Source: a virus (taxonomy: Duplodnaviria; Caudoviricetes). Taken from it: DNA of 53,068 bases. The stretch lies in IMG/VR virus record IMGVR_UViG_3300037762_000317, positions 1 through 53,068 of that record; one strand, given 5' to 3'. The notes under the pieces were generated by a model. The model made no database searches, was not told the origin of the DNA, and worked only from the letters and a program-made list of their open reading frames with translations. Made by a program: the position numbers and the translations under genes. This document shows, in pieces, positions 42,966 to 53,032 of the stretch; the stretch's first letter is position 1, and each line of letters opens with the position of its first letter.

Positions 42966-43118
42966 ATGGGCGACGATGACCGCGTGATCCTGTCCGTCCG
43001 ACTCCCCCCCGACCTGCACCGCGCCGCCAAACGCAAAATGGTCGACGACGACCAGACGTTCCAAGCGATCTTCGAGGCTGCCGTGCAGACCTACGTCAAC
43101 GGCGACACCAAACCCTGA
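42966..43118 (+). CDS. ribbon-helix-helix protein (not in the ORF track)
   Basis: MGDDDRVILSVRLPPDLHRAAKRKMVDDDQTFQAIFEAAVQTYV; RBS GGAGG. Confidence 0.75.
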   Translation: MGDDDRVILSVRLPPDLHRAAKRKMVDDDQTFQAIFEAAVQTYVNGDTKP

Positions 43119-43119
43119 C

Positions 43120-43614
43120 TCACATGATCGACGTGCAGCGGACGATGCAGGGAATCAGCATCTGATAGCCCTCGATCTCCGCCGGGTTCACACCGTATGG
43201 GTCGGCGTCGGGGTCGCCTCGCACCGCGGGGATGACCCCGGTGCCGCCCTCGACCGCTGCGACCAACGCGAAACCGTCGCCGAGCGCGCCGCTCAAGTTG
43301 CTGTTGTCACGCACGATCTCGGTCAACGTCGAGAACATGCCGCACGCCGCCGTATGAATCGTCTCGACCTCCTCATACTTCGCGCCCGGCGAGAAGTACT
43401 TGATGAGCACGTCGATGTCGTAGGTCTCCTCGAGCGCAGGCGAGTCGCGGCCGAGTTCTGCGAAGTCGATCTGCGCGTCGCGCCAACCGAGGATCGACAC
43501 GATCTTGGGGTCCTCGAACCGCGGCGGCGTGAACGTCACCTGCACATCGCTCGCGTAGGCTGCGACCGCCAGCGTCTTCAACGCGGACGTGGCCGCCGCG
43601 ACGGTCGTGGCCAC
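43120..43614 (-). CDS. putative tail terminator
   Basis: position and EETYDIDVLI motif. Confidence 0.55.
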   Translation of the reverse strand: MATTVAAATSALKTLAVAAYASDVQVTFTPPRFEDPKIVSILGWRDAQIDFAELGRDSPALEETYDIDVLIKYFSPGAKYEEVETIHTAACGMFSTLTEIVRDNSNLSGALGDGFALVAAVEGGTGVIPAVRGDPDADPYGVNPAEIEGYQMLIPCIVRCTSIM

Positions 43615-43617
43615 CGA

Positions 43618-43875
43618 TCAGCTCTCGTTGTCCTCGTCGACGGGCTGCTCGACCTCGCCGGCCGAATCATCCTCCGACGCAGACTCCGACTCGGATTCGA
43701 AGGCGGCGCGGGCCGCGGCCTTCTGCTCCAATGTGTCCGCCGCCGCGAACCGCTCCGGCCGCGCCCGCACCAACGGGTGGTTCGCCGGATACTCGTCGCC
43801 CTGCTTGACGTGGACCCGCTCGCCGCGGTGCTCGCCGTAGAACCCGTCAGTGCACATGTAAACCGTCGCAGCCAC
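43618..43875 (-). CDS. small virion-associated protein
   Basis: HPLVRARPERF...LEQKAA; RBS AAAGGA. Confidence 0.6.
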   Translation of the reverse strand: MAATVYMCTDGFYGEHRGERVHVKQGDEYPANHPLVRARPERFAAADTLEQKAAARAAFESESESASEDDSAGEVEQPVDEDNES

Positions 43876-43886
43876 TGGGCTTCCTT

Positions 43887-44711
43887 TCAGAACGAGATAT
43901 CACCGATGCGGCGATTCAACACCGCGTCGACGTCGGGGATGCCGGTGCCGCGTCCGGTGCCGGCGTAGGAGTGACGAGCGGTGCCGTATTGATTCGAGAT
44001 GATCATCTGCCGCGACGCGCCGCCCGCCCGCTTTACTTGCACGTGATCGGCGATGGCGATGATTCCGGCGTCGTACAGGACACGGTCGGGGTAGTCGTGG
44101 CCGTGCTCGTAGCTGATCTGCAGCATCCCGGGGCCGACGGTCGGGTTGACGCCGTAGGGGGTGATGATTTCGCCGGACCGCAATGGCGTCCACGTCGACG
44201 TGTCGACCGCGGCGCCGTCGAGCGTGGCGGACAAGATCTGGCGGACGTGGGGGCGGTCGAGCACCAACGGGTCGGTCGCGACCGTGCGGTAGTGGGATTG
44301 GAGGCGGTAGCTCGGGACGAACGATTGGGTGCAGTAGTTGTCGACGAGATCGTGCCACCACCAGCGGCCGTCGGCCAGGGCCGCGTCGGGGAACTTGGTC
44401 TCGTCGGCGAGACCCGAGTTGCGCAGCGTGTTGAGATCGACGTAGAACCCGCCGACGATCGGGTGGTAGGTGGTCACCGTCCCATGCGTCGCGGACACCC
44501 AGGCGGCAGTGAGGACGTCGACCTGGGCGGTGTGGGTGGTGGTGAGCACGAACGTGCGGGGATTCGTGCTCGACCCCGCCGCGGCGGTGGACGCGACGAG
44601 TACTATGCCGTCCGCGCGGGAGACCATGACGGTCACGCTGCCGGGGTCGGCCGGTGAGTCAGCGTCGAACCACTGCGCGCTGATGGTCGCCGGTGTGCCT
44701 TTGAGGATCAT
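43887..44711 (-). CDS. head-to-tail adaptor
   Basis: VDNYCTQSFVP...ISYEHG...TGIPDVDAVLNR. Confidence 0.7.
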   Translation of the reverse strand: MILKGTPATISAQWFDADSPADPGSVTVMVSRADGIVLVASTAAAGSSTNPRTFVLTTTHTAQVDVLTAAWVSATHGTVTTYHPIVGGFYVDLNTLRNSGLADETKFPDAALADGRWWWHDLVDNYCTQSFVPSYRLQSHYRTVATDPLVLDRPHVRQILSATLDGAAVDTSTWTPLRSGEIITPYGVNPTVGPGMLQISYEHGHDYPDRVLYDAGIIAIADHVQVKRAGGASRQMIISNQYGTARHSYAGTGRGTGIPDVDAVLNRRIGDISF

Positions 44712-46609
44712 CGCGGCGCTGGCCGACAGGCAAGGTAGTCCGCGGCGGCGGGTTCGGACAGTTCCCCGTCGGGATGCCACCACGTCGGCACGGTATGCAC
44801 GACCTCCCATGTGTAGTCGAGGTCGGCGAGGAGCTGCTCGAGGTCGCCGCGGGTGTAGTAGCCGTAGACGTCGTGGCATTCGATGAGCAGCACCGGCCGG
44901 TGTTCGGCGAGCAGGCCGGACATGCCGCGCAGCGCGTGGAGGTCGGCGCCTTCGACGTCGAGCTTGACCAGATCGATCCGGTCGACTGCCAACACGCTGT
45001 CCAGGGATCGTGCTGGGACTACTGTCTGCCCGGGTGCGTCTGGTGGGACGGTACGGGTCGAGCCGCCTTCCTTCTTACGGTTCGGGTCGTCGAGTGCGAG
45101 TGTCGTGTCTTCGTCCCACGCCGCGACTTCGTGGACTGTCACGTTGGTGATGTCGTTGATCGCGAGGTTCCGGCGCAGCGTCGCAGCGGTGTCAGGGTTG
45201 GCCTCAACGGCGTGAACATGGCTGGCCTTGCCGGCGAGGCGGAGGGTCCAGTGGCCGACGTGCGCGCCGACGTCGAGCAGCACGCCGCCGTCGGGCAGTA
45301 GTTCGTCGATGATCGGCGTGAGTATCGATTCGTGGCTGGAGAAGCCAAGCTGGTCGTTGTAGCCGGGTCCGCGGTCGAGCCACAGCAACCCGTCGGCCTC
45401 CCTCACCGAAGGCTTCCGTTCGGGCGGCGGGTCGGTCCGTCGCATCTCCAACGCGACCTCGAGCCGCTCGAGCGCGGGCTTCCAGAACTCGACGAGCACT
45501 CGGTCGGCGTCGTAGTCCTGCGCGAACGCCCACGCCCGCGACCGCATCCCCTCATCCCGCGCCGACTCGTAGGCCTGTTCATAGGCGTCGACGATCCCGG
45601 AGATCAACGGCCGCCGCGCCCACGCGCTTTGGCTGTCGTGCCAGAGGACTTCGCCGGGGACCTTCCACCCGGCGCCGCACAGCTCCGGCATCGCCGTCGT
45701 GTCCGTCACCACCACTGGCGTGCCGCACGCCTGCGCCTCCACGATCGGGATGCCGAACCCCTCACCCCACGACGTGTTCGTCAACACGTCAGCGGAACGG
45801 TAGACATCCGCGACCACCGTCGGGGGCAGCCCGACCTTGTAGGCGTACTGGTCGGTGAAGTGGTACGACCCGTCGGGGAAGTCCGACAGCAGATGGCGGA
45901 TGTCGACCCCATACGGCGACGTCACATCCGTGTGCAACACGAGCACGGCGTCGGAGTGGCGTCGGCGGAGCTCGCCGAACGCGACGATCTGCTCGTAGAA
46001 CGCCTTCCGGGACCCGTCCTTGCCGACGTTCGCCGCGACCATCGCGACCACGAACGCGTCCGTCGGGAGGCCGGCGCGTTCGCGGGCCTCCGCCTTGTCG
46101 CCGGGCCGGAAGATGTTCGTGTCGATCCCGTGCGGGACGTACAGCGGGTCCATCCCCGCGTCCCGCAACAGCTTCTCGCCAAACCGCGACATCGCGATCG
46201 GCGCCGCCCCGGTCCGTTCGAACCAGCCCGCCACCGGCGGCGGGACCTCCTCGTGGTCGACTGGCACCCACGCCGCGACGTTCATCTCGCGGAGCAGCGG
46301 CTGCTCGAACGTCCACACGTCGCCGAGCGTGATGATCACGCCTTTGTCGGCGACGTCGCGGAACGAATGGCCCGGCCCGCCGCCGAAATGGTCCATCGCG
46401 TGCGGGATGATGATGTCGCTGCCATATGACTTGGCGTAGGCGGGGTAGCAGGTGATCCCCTGCCACGACATCTTGAACCCCTGGACCCCGTAGTACGCGG
46501 AGATCGCGACGTCGTGACCCAACGCCTTGATTCGGGGAGTGAACGTGGCGGTCTGCTGGCCGTAACCCGAGCCAACCGCAGGATGCACCGAGTGCCACAG
46601 CACCTTCAT
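44708..46609 (-). CDS. GT-B (family 4-like) glycosyltransferase fused to an FkbM-family methyltransferase
   Basis: SGYG, VPHGID, EGFGIPIVEAQACGTPVV; then LLDVGAHVG, VEAN, LVKLDVEGAD, LLIECH. Confidence 0.92.
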   Translation of the reverse strand: MKVLWHSVHPAVGSGYGQQTATFTPRIKALGHDVAISAYYGVQGFKMSWQGITCYPAYAKSYGSDIIIPHAMDHFGGGPGHSFRDVADKGVIITLGDVWTFEQPLLREMNVAAWVPVDHEEVPPPVAGWFERTGAAPIAMSRFGEKLLRDAGMDPLYVPHGIDTNIFRPGDKAEARERAGLPTDAFVVAMVAANVGKDGSRKAFYEQIVAFGELRRRHSDAVLVLHTDVTSPYGVDIRHLLSDFPDGSYHFTDQYAYKVGLPPTVVADVYRSADVLTNTSWGEGFGIPIVEAQACGTPVVVTDTTAMPELCGAGWKVPGEVLWHDSQSAWARRPLISGIVDAYEQAYESARDEGMRSRAWAFAQDYDADRVLVEFWKPALERLEVALEMRRTDPPPERKPSVREADGLLWLDRGPGYNDQLGFSSHESILTPIIDELLPDGGVLLDVGAHVGHWTLRLAGKASHVHAVEANPDTAATLRRNLAINDITNVTVHEVAAWDEDTTLALDDPNRKKEGGSTRTVPPDAPGQTVVPARSLDSVLAVDRIDLVKLDVEGADLHALRGMSGLLAEHRPVLLIECHDVYGYYTRGDLEQLLADLDYTWEVVHTVPTWWHPDGELSEPAAADYLACRPAPR

Positions 46610-46611
46610 GA

Positions 46612-47004
46612 TCAGGCTCGGAGTCGGGTGATCAGCTCGTCCTTCGTGCCGGACACGGGCAGCCCACGGTCACGAGCGAGTTCGCGGAGGTCCGCCAGCG
46701 ACCGGTTGTCGTAAGTATCGGCGGGCTTGCCGTATGGCTTGGCGATGGCGTCGTATCCGTCTTCCGCTGGCGTGGACGACGTCGCTGTGTCGTCATCGTC
46801 GGCTGTCTCGACGGGCTCGGACTCCTCGTCGACGTCTTCGTCGTCGCCTGCGATGCCGACGAGCCCGCGTGCGGCGAGGTCGCGGAACATCGCGACCATG
46901 TTCTCGTCGTCGTCGTCGACGTCAGTTGTGGCGCCGGCCATCGCGGAGTAGACGCGGCCGTCGGCGGTGCGGGCGTTGACCTGGTCGTTCGTGGTGATTC
47001 GCAT
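46612..47004 (-). CDS. SAP/HEH-domain protein
   Basis: YDNRSLADLRELARDRGLPVSGTKDELITRL. Confidence 0.8.
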   Translation of the reverse strand: MRITTNDQVNARTADGRVYSAMAGATTDVDDDDENMVAMFRDLAARGLVGIAGDDEDVDEESEPVETADDDDTATSSTPAEDGYDAIAKPYGKPADTYDNRSLADLRELARDRGLPVSGTKDELITRLRA

Positions 47005-47040
47005 ACTGTCCTCCGGGTTCCCCTACGGATGGGCAATGTG

Positions 47041-47099
47041 GGGTCCGACCCCGGGCGCGGATTGGAGGGGGAACCATCTACGCCCGCAGGGTCGGACCC
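47041..47099 (-). terminator. long hairpin after the capsid gene (terminator or mRNA stabiliser)
   Basis: GGGTCCGACCC...GGGTCGGACCC with inner CGGGCG/CGCCCG. Confidence 0.6.
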
Positions 47100-47105
47100 G
47101 TACTG

Positions 47106-48377
47106 CTACAGCAGGTACTTCGCGAACGCCGCCGGGCGCATCACGTCGCCGCCGACACGCATCCGGAACAGGAACGCGACCAACCCCAGCTCGGCGTACC
47201 GCTCGTCGAGCCGCTGCACGGTGATCCGCTGCCGGTCCGCGATCATGTAGCCGAGGCTCGGGTCGCCGTAGATCACCGACGGGTCCACCGCCGCGGCGGA
47301 TGCGCCCATGCTGGGGAGCCCCTCGAGGGTGTAGAAGCGTTTGCCGAACAGCGTGTCCGGCTCACCCGCTCGGATCGACGGCTGCCACAGGTAGTTGCTG
47401 GTCGAGTCCTTCAGCAGCGTGATCGCCTCAGACGCATCATTGCTGGCGAAGTAGGCGCCGTTGCCGCGGTACCGGCTTGACACCCGATACTGCAACGCCT
47501 TCAGCCCGTCGCCCGTCGGCGCCGCGTTCGATCCGGTCACCGCCTGCGTGATCTGGTTCGCCGCCGACGTCGCGCGGGCTGCGAGACCCCACGGCTTCGA
47601 CACGCCGTTGCCCGCGGCGAACGCGTCGTCCTCCATCTCGGCGGCCTTCTGACCGACGATGTCCTGAATCAACGTGATCAGGTTCGCGTCGGTGTCCGCG
47701 AGCTCGTCGACGCCGACACGCGACATCGCCGTCAGGTCATGCACCTGGATCACGTCGACCGGGGTGTTCGGCACCACGTTCGCGTCGACGGTCGTGGCGG
47801 TCAGCTCAAGCTGACCCCACCCGGCGGTGGCACCCGTCAGCGACCGCAGATCCACCTTGTTCGACGTGGTCGGACGGACCGTCGGCTGCGAGCCGCGGAA
47901 CACACCGAGGTGCGGCAGCGTCTTGAAGATCGGCCCGGCGATGTCGTGCGGGACCAGAACCTCGCCGGTGGCGTCCTCGACAAGGATGGCCTTCTCCGCG
48001 ATGTCGAGCGTGTTGACCCAGTTGTCGAACGCGCCGCGCGACGTCCGCAACGCCTTCGCGAACAGCTCAACCTCCCGACGCTTCGACGCCTCAGAGAACA
48101 CGATGCCGCCGTCGACCTTCTCCGCGACAGCCTTCTCCGCGGACAACACGGACGAGGCCTGGTCGGGGGTGACCGCCCACGACTCCATCTCGTCCTGCTC
48201 GCGGGCGATGTCCGCGAGCCCCTTCAACCGCTTCGCCTCAGACAGCAGCTCCTGCATCTTGCGGGCGTGGTCGGCGGGGATCTTCGTCATGTCCGGGTAG
48301 CGGTCCTGGATGGTCCGCGCCAACGTGATGCACTGCAGCGACTTATCGACCAGATCCTTCTGGCGGGTGGTGGTCAC
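47106..48377 (-). CDS. major capsid protein (HK97 fold, N-terminal delta domain)
   Basis: GEVLVP...AFAAGNGVSKPWG...LKDSTSNYLWQP...IADRQRITVQRLDERYAELGLVAFLFRMRVGG; GTG at 48377 has the better-spaced RBS. Confidence 0.95.
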   Translation of the reverse strand: MTTTRQKDLVDKSLQCITLARTIQDRYPDMTKIPADHARKMQELLSEAKRLKGLADIAREQDEMESWAVTPDQASSVLSAEKAVAEKVDGGIVFSEASKRREVELFAKALRTSRGAFDNWVNTLDIAEKAILVEDATGEVLVPHDIAGPIFKTLPHLGVFRGSQPTVRPTTSNKVDLRSLTGATAGWGQLELTATTVDANVVPNTPVDVIQVHDLTAMSRVGVDELADTDANLITLIQDIVGQKAAEMEDDAFAAGNGVSKPWGLAARATSAANQITQAVTGSNAAPTGDGLKALQYRVSSRYRGNGAYFASNDASEAITLLKDSTSNYLWQPSIRAGEPDTLFGKRFYTLEGLPSMGASAAAVDPSVIYGDPSLGYMIADRQRITVQRLDERYAELGLVAFLFRMRVGGDVMRPAAFAKYLL

Positions 48378-49299
48378 GAGATTCACTCCTCAGTTCGGCC
48401 TCGAGGCCGTCCAATGCGGACTTCGTATCGGTCGCGTCGACCGATGAGAGCAGTCCGGCGAGTGAATCGTTCGGCTCGCCGCCGGGTGGAAGAATGTCCG
48501 GCCCGGATTCGCCGATGATTGACAATGCGTGAGCATACTTAGTCGCGACGTCTTCGCTGCCGACGTCGCCCGAATCGTCTTCTCCTTCGTCTCCCCCAGT
48601 CGAGGAACCTTCCGAATCTGCGGCGGGCGGGTCCAACACGGCGGCGTACTGGTGTTTCACGAGCAGGTCGACGGCGGCCTTCCGCGCCGTCGGCACGCGG
48701 ATCGTCAACGCCGACCGCATATCCTCCACCCACTCGTCCGGCAGGCCCGCCGTCATCGATGTCTGCGACGCCGCCTTCAACACCAACGCCGACGCGTTCG
48801 CGGGCACCGGCGTCAACCCCACGAACCACAGGCCAACCTCCTTCAGCACCCGCACGCTTTTGCCGGCGACGTCCTGGAACGCCTTCTCAAAGATTGGTCC
48901 CCAGATCGACAGGCCGTTGAGGATCCCCTCACGCGCCTTCGTGCGAGCCTCCTGCGCCTTCGCCGTCGACGAAAACCGGAACGTCGCACGCAGCCCATAC
49001 GACGTGTCCTCAGCGTCGACCAGCGCGCCGATCAACCCTTCCGCGTCGTTCTTGTGATCCAACGTCAGACCGATGACGCGGCTCGAGGACCGCCAATCCG
49101 ACAGGCTTTTGCGCAACGCGCCGTGCTGCAAAATGTCGTCCTGCTGGTCGACGACGTTGTAGACCGCCGCCCACCCCGTCAACGTCCCCGGATCAGCTTT
49201 TTCGGCGGTGTCCCACTGCACCGGCACGACCCCGCCGGCGCCGAGACGCAACAACTCAGGCTCGCGGGCGGTGGTCTTGGCGAGCATCTCGAGATTCAC
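48343..49299 (-). CDS. HK97-family prohead protease
   Basis: GWAAVYNVVDQQDD...LDH...GLSIWG...VGLTPVPAN. Confidence 0.9.
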   Translation of the reverse strand: MNLEMLAKTTAREPELLRLGAGGVVPVQWDTAEKADPGTLTGWAAVYNVVDQQDDILQHGALRKSLSDWRSSSRVIGLTLDHKNDAEGLIGALVDAEDTSYGLRATFRFSSTAKAQEARTKAREGILNGLSIWGPIFEKAFQDVAGKSVRVLKEVGLWFVGLTPVPANASALVLKAASQTSMTAGLPDEWVEDMRSALTIRVPTARKAAVDLLVKHQYAAVLDPPAADSEGSSTGGDEGEDDSGDVGSEDVATKYAHALSIIGESGPDILPPGGEPNDSLAGLLSSVDATDTKSALDGLEAELRSESRDHHPPEGSGR

Positions 49300-49303
49300 G
49301 CGT

Positions 49304-50701
49304 TCATCTCTCCATACCGGTGGCAGCCAACAAGGCGACTTCGCCTTCTGTGAGCTCGACGCCGAACTCGGCTGCGAGCAGAGTAATACTCGAAGCCACC
49401 GACTCCCCGTCACCCCCGGTGACAGGCGCGGCGATGTTGTCGGCGGGCATCGGCACCACACCCGCGCCGACCAGGAACACATCGCCGCCCGACACACGCT
49501 TCAGGCCGACGGTGTCACGGAAGTCGTTGATCGTGATCCCACCTCTGGCCAACGCGTTCGTCGCGCGTTCCCACCGGTCGGTTTCAGCCTCTTGCAACGC
49601 GCGGACCTCGCTGTTGTCCCACCGCAGGCGTATCCGCTGCCGGCCGGTGCCGGTGAACTCCGGCACCAACCGTGAGAACGCGTTATGAAACCGCCGCTGC
49701 AACGACGCTAACGCTTCGTCCCAGAACGACGTGCGAGCTTCCTTGTAGTTCGCGAACGTCGACCGGTCCAACCCGACCTTCGCGCCGACGAGAATCGGGG
49801 GGACCCCGAACACCATGCAGATATGCGACTCCGACACGCTGCGGAGATCGGGGAACTCGAGGTCCTTCAGATTGAGACCCAGGACCTTGACGTCCATCCC
49901 CTTCTGCAGAAACGCCGGCGACCCCCTGTTCGACCCGGTGAACCGCTCACGCCACTTCGCGCGCAGCCGCTCGACCAGCTCCTGGTTGATCTCCTCGGCG
50001 GTGGTCACCAGCGTCGTCGGGGTCGCGTCGTTGCGGAGCATCCGGTCGACGAAATCCGTCGCCGCGTTATCCAACGACACTGCGCGGGCGGCTGGACGCA
50101 ACGGCGGATGCCCAAAGTAACGGTCGGCGGGATTGTCGGTGTTGGGGTTCGGATATCTGACCGCGATCATGTCCGAGCGTGGGATCACAACCTGGACGTG
50201 GGGTCTCTCGGGATCCGGCCGATACACCCACGAAAACACCCTGGGGTCCCTGGCAGACGGCAACACGCCGACGAGATCGGGCCTGAGCGGCCACAACTGC
50301 GCGGGCAGCCCGTCCCGCGCCCGCTCGATCATCAGATACGTGATCCCCGCCAAATCCAGATACGTGACGGACATCTCGAACAGCTCGAACTCGCCCATCA
50401 ACGGGTTCGGCGTCTCAATCAGCTGGCGGAGCCGGTGGCCTTCGATCGGGTCGTTCGTGCCCAACGGATACACCCGCAAGACGCTCTGCGGCAGCGACTG
50501 GGCCTTCTCCGCGATACACGCATACACAAGCTCGTTGCGGGAGTAGCCGTTCCGGGCGAACGCACCATATGACCCGGACGGCTCAACCAGCCCCGACAGA
50601 TTCGAGCGGGCGCCGACCGCGGGGATGTTGATGAAGTTCTGCGTCCCATCCGGGATCGACGTGATCTGCTTCGCGACGTGAGTGCCGTCCAACCAGCCCA
50701 C
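49304..50701 (-). CDS. HK97-family portal protein
   Basis: VYACI...PNP...LWPLRPD...ICMVFGVPPILVG...TFANY...ITINDFR. Confidence 0.95.
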   Translation of the reverse strand: MGWLDGTHVAKQITSIPDGTQNFINIPAVGARSNLSGLVEPSGSYGAFARNGYSRNELVYACIAEKAQSLPQSVLRVYPLGTNDPIEGHRLRQLIETPNPLMGEFELFEMSVTYLDLAGITYLMIERARDGLPAQLWPLRPDLVGVLPSARDPRVFSWVYRPDPERPHVQVVIPRSDMIAVRYPNPNTDNPADRYFGHPPLRPAARAVSLDNAATDFVDRMLRNDATPTTLVTTAEEINQELVERLRAKWRERFTGSNRGSPAFLQKGMDVKVLGLNLKDLEFPDLRSVSESHICMVFGVPPILVGAKVGLDRSTFANYKEARTSFWDEALASLQRRFHNAFSRLVPEFTGTGRQRIRLRWDNSEVRALQEAETDRWERATNALARGGITINDFRDTVGLKRVSGGDVFLVGAGVVPMPADNIAAPVTGGDGESVASSITLLAAEFGVELTEGEVALLAATGMER

Positions 50702-50702
50702 G

Positions 50703-51029
50703 TCAAGCGCCCCAACCAGACAGCAAACTGAAGCCGATCAGTAGGCCGCCGAACACCATCACCCCGACAGCCACACCGATCTCCGCAGTCGCGCCTGCAG
50801 GGAGCGCGATTAGCCCGACGCCCATCGCGCCGCCAGCCAACGACCGCCGTGGCGCCCCCGCCAACCGCCGCCAAGCTGCCTGCGCCTGATCCCACCGATC
50901 CGATAGCCATGCCACTGAACGGTCGTCTGCCAGCCACGCGAACACGCCTGCAACCACCAGCGCCCAACCGACGCCAGCCAGCACCAACACGCCAGCGGTG
51001 AGCAGCGCGCTTGCGACCAATCGTTGCAT
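50703..51029 (-). CDS. membrane protein between terminase and portal
   Basis: 3-4 hydrophobic segments. Confidence 0.65.
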   Translation of the reverse strand: MQRLVASALLTAGVLVLAGVGWALVVAGVFAWLADDRSVAWLSDRWDQAQAAWRRLAGAPRRSLAGGAMGVGLIALPAGATAEIGVAVGVMVFGGLLIGFSLLSGWGA

Positions 51030-51033
51030 GGCA

Positions 51034-52488
51034 CTAGAAGATATCCGACGACGCGGCCGGAGCGTCCGCAGCCAACGCGACCGTCGCCGCCATCAACGGC
51101 GTCACATCCCCCGCCGACGCCGACCGCGACCACACCCAATTGTCCCCAACCGGCTTCTTCACGGCGCCCATCACCGCGGTAGTGAACGGATCCGACGCGA
51201 CATCCGACGCGCGGAACCTCACTCTGCGTTCGACGATCGCGTCGAACATCGCCCCGCACGCCTGCACCACCTCGCGGCCCGCCATCCGCTCGCATTTCTT
51301 GATCGAATCCGCCAAAACGCCCGCAGGGCCACCGAAGTCCAACGCCACCACACCGCCGTGCGTAGACGTCAACTCGTTGCAGCGGTCGACCACCCACCCC
51401 AACCCCTCACGATGATCCACCAGCTCGATCACGGCGCCGTCGGTCGCGACGATCGCCGCCGACGATCGGTCCTGCGCCACATCCAACCCGAACCGCGACC
51501 CCGCACCGGGCTTCGCCGCCGGGTCACAGACCCGGGCCCACACGTCCGGCGGGACCACAAAATCCGCTGACATCGACGGCCGGTTACCATATGCCCGCCG
51601 ATACTCCGTCGGATCCATGTCCTGACGTTCAGAACGCAACACACCCAACGTCACCGTATGCCGCCACCCCCCATCGGCCACCCCACACCGGCACGGCGGA
51701 GCTGGACACAACGCCGGCATGAACGAGAAATACGACTCCTCGTCGGCGGGGTCCCAATCATCCGGCGCGGACCACTCGAAGTACGCGATGCCGTGCCCCG
51801 AATCCTCCGCCACCGCCAACCGCCCAGCCGCGACCTTCCGGTTATAGACGGTGCTGGCGGCGGTCCCCGCCGTCGAACACCACAGCAGCTGCGCATCGTC
51901 GACCGTAACCATCGCCGGACGCAATCCCTGCTCCCGCCGATCATCCGTGTCATGCCAGATCTCGTCCAACACCGCCTGATGCAACGTCTTGGAATGTCCC
52001 GACGACGTCGACGACGACAACAACCTGATCAGCGACCCGGTCTTGAACGACACATACTCGTTGCCGATCCCCCGCGTCATCTGCACAATCAACGGCGCGA
52101 CCTTCGACCGCTCAAGCAACGGATACAGCTCGTCGAGCCACTTGTCCCGCGCGTCCTTCCCCGACTGGGCGGTGAACGCCGACCGCTGCGGATGCACCCA
52201 CCGCGGCGACAACCCCCGATCCAGCTGCCATGCCAGATTCAGCGTCGTCTTCCCCGCCTGCCGATGAATCGTCAATCCCACCTGCCGATACGCAGGACCC
52301 CCCGTCGCCGGGTCAATCTCACAACCCACATCCGCCACCATGCGCTGCCACGGCATGAACGGCTGCCCCAACGCCACCGCGATCCTCGCGAGCTCGCCCC
52401 CGAACGTCTCCCGCTCAAGCCTGCGGCGTGTCGCGAACCTCGGCGAACAACTCCTCGAGGGCGTCAGCAACGGAACCGTCGCCGTCAT
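51034..52488 (-). CDS. terL: terminase large subunit
   Basis: MPWQ, HRQAGKTT (Walker A), AVLDEIW (Walker B), STAG, FGLDV nuclease. Confidence 0.95.
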   Translation of the reverse strand: MTATVPLLTPSRSCSPRFATRRRLERETFGGELARIAVALGQPFMPWQRMVADVGCEIDPATGGPAYRQVGLTIHRQAGKTTLNLAWQLDRGLSPRWVHPQRSAFTAQSGKDARDKWLDELYPLLERSKVAPLIVQMTRGIGNEYVSFKTGSLIRLLSSSTSSGHSKTLHQAVLDEIWHDTDDRREQGLRPAMVTVDDAQLLWCSTAGTAASTVYNRKVAAGRLAVAEDSGHGIAYFEWSAPDDWDPADEESYFSFMPALCPAPPCRCGVADGGWRHTVTLGVLRSERQDMDPTEYRRAYGNRPSMSADFVVPPDVWARVCDPAAKPGAGSRFGLDVAQDRSSAAIVATDGAVIELVDHREGLGWVVDRCNELTSTHGGVVALDFGGPAGVLADSIKKCERMAGREVVQACGAMFDAIVERRVRFRASDVASDPFTTAVMGAVKKPVGDNWVWSRSASAGDVTPLMAATVALAADAPAASSDIF

Positions 52489-52672
52489 CCGATATCAGCT
52501 CCTTGACCACCACGTGATACTGCCGCCACAACGCCGCATTCGACGGATCCTTGTCCAGCGCCCGCGCCATCGACCGCGCCATCTGCATCCGCGCCGCGTC
52601 GACCTTCTCCAACCGGCCCATCCGGTCCAGCTCGGCGAGCGTCCGGCCGAGCTCGCTCGCGTTATTACCCAT
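52415..52672 (-). CDS. terS: terminase small subunit
   Basis: short helical protein overlapping the terL start. Confidence 0.7.
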   Translation of the reverse strand: MGNNASELGRTLAELDRMGRLEKVDAARMQMARSMARALDKDPSNAALWRQYHVVVKELISDDGDGSVADALEELFAEVRDTPQA

Positions 52673-52747
52673 ATCTCTTCATTCACCTTCACCTTTATTA
52701 CTTATTCTTCCATTCATTCATTAACCTTCTATCCTTCTACTTGGTTG

Positions 52748-53032
52748 CTACCATTCCTTAGAAGGTTTAATCCTCTTCGCATACCTCGCGTTCGTCCGGT
52801 GCGCCCCCACCCTGCCGCCGCGTCCATGGTTGCATGTCCCACACGCCGCTCGAAGGTTCGCCTCGTCGTACCAGGCGCCGCCGTCCTCCGGCCGGACGAT
52901 GTGATCGACCTGGCCGGCGCTCAGCTCACACCGCGGCCCGCGGATCTGACAGAGACGCCCGTCCCGCTCGAGCACCACCAGACGTACCCGCCGCCACGCA
53001 GGCGTGTTGTAAATCTGCGACTGGCTACCCAC
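52748..53032 (-). CDS. packaging-associated HNH endonuclease
   Basis: WRRVRLVVLERDGRLCQI...VDHI...NLRAACGTCNHGR. Confidence 0.9.
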   Translation of the reverse strand: MGSQSQIYNTPAWRRVRLVVLERDGRLCQIRGPRCELSAGQVDHIVRPEDGGAWYDEANLRAACGTCNHGRGGRVGAHRTNARYAKRIKPSKEW

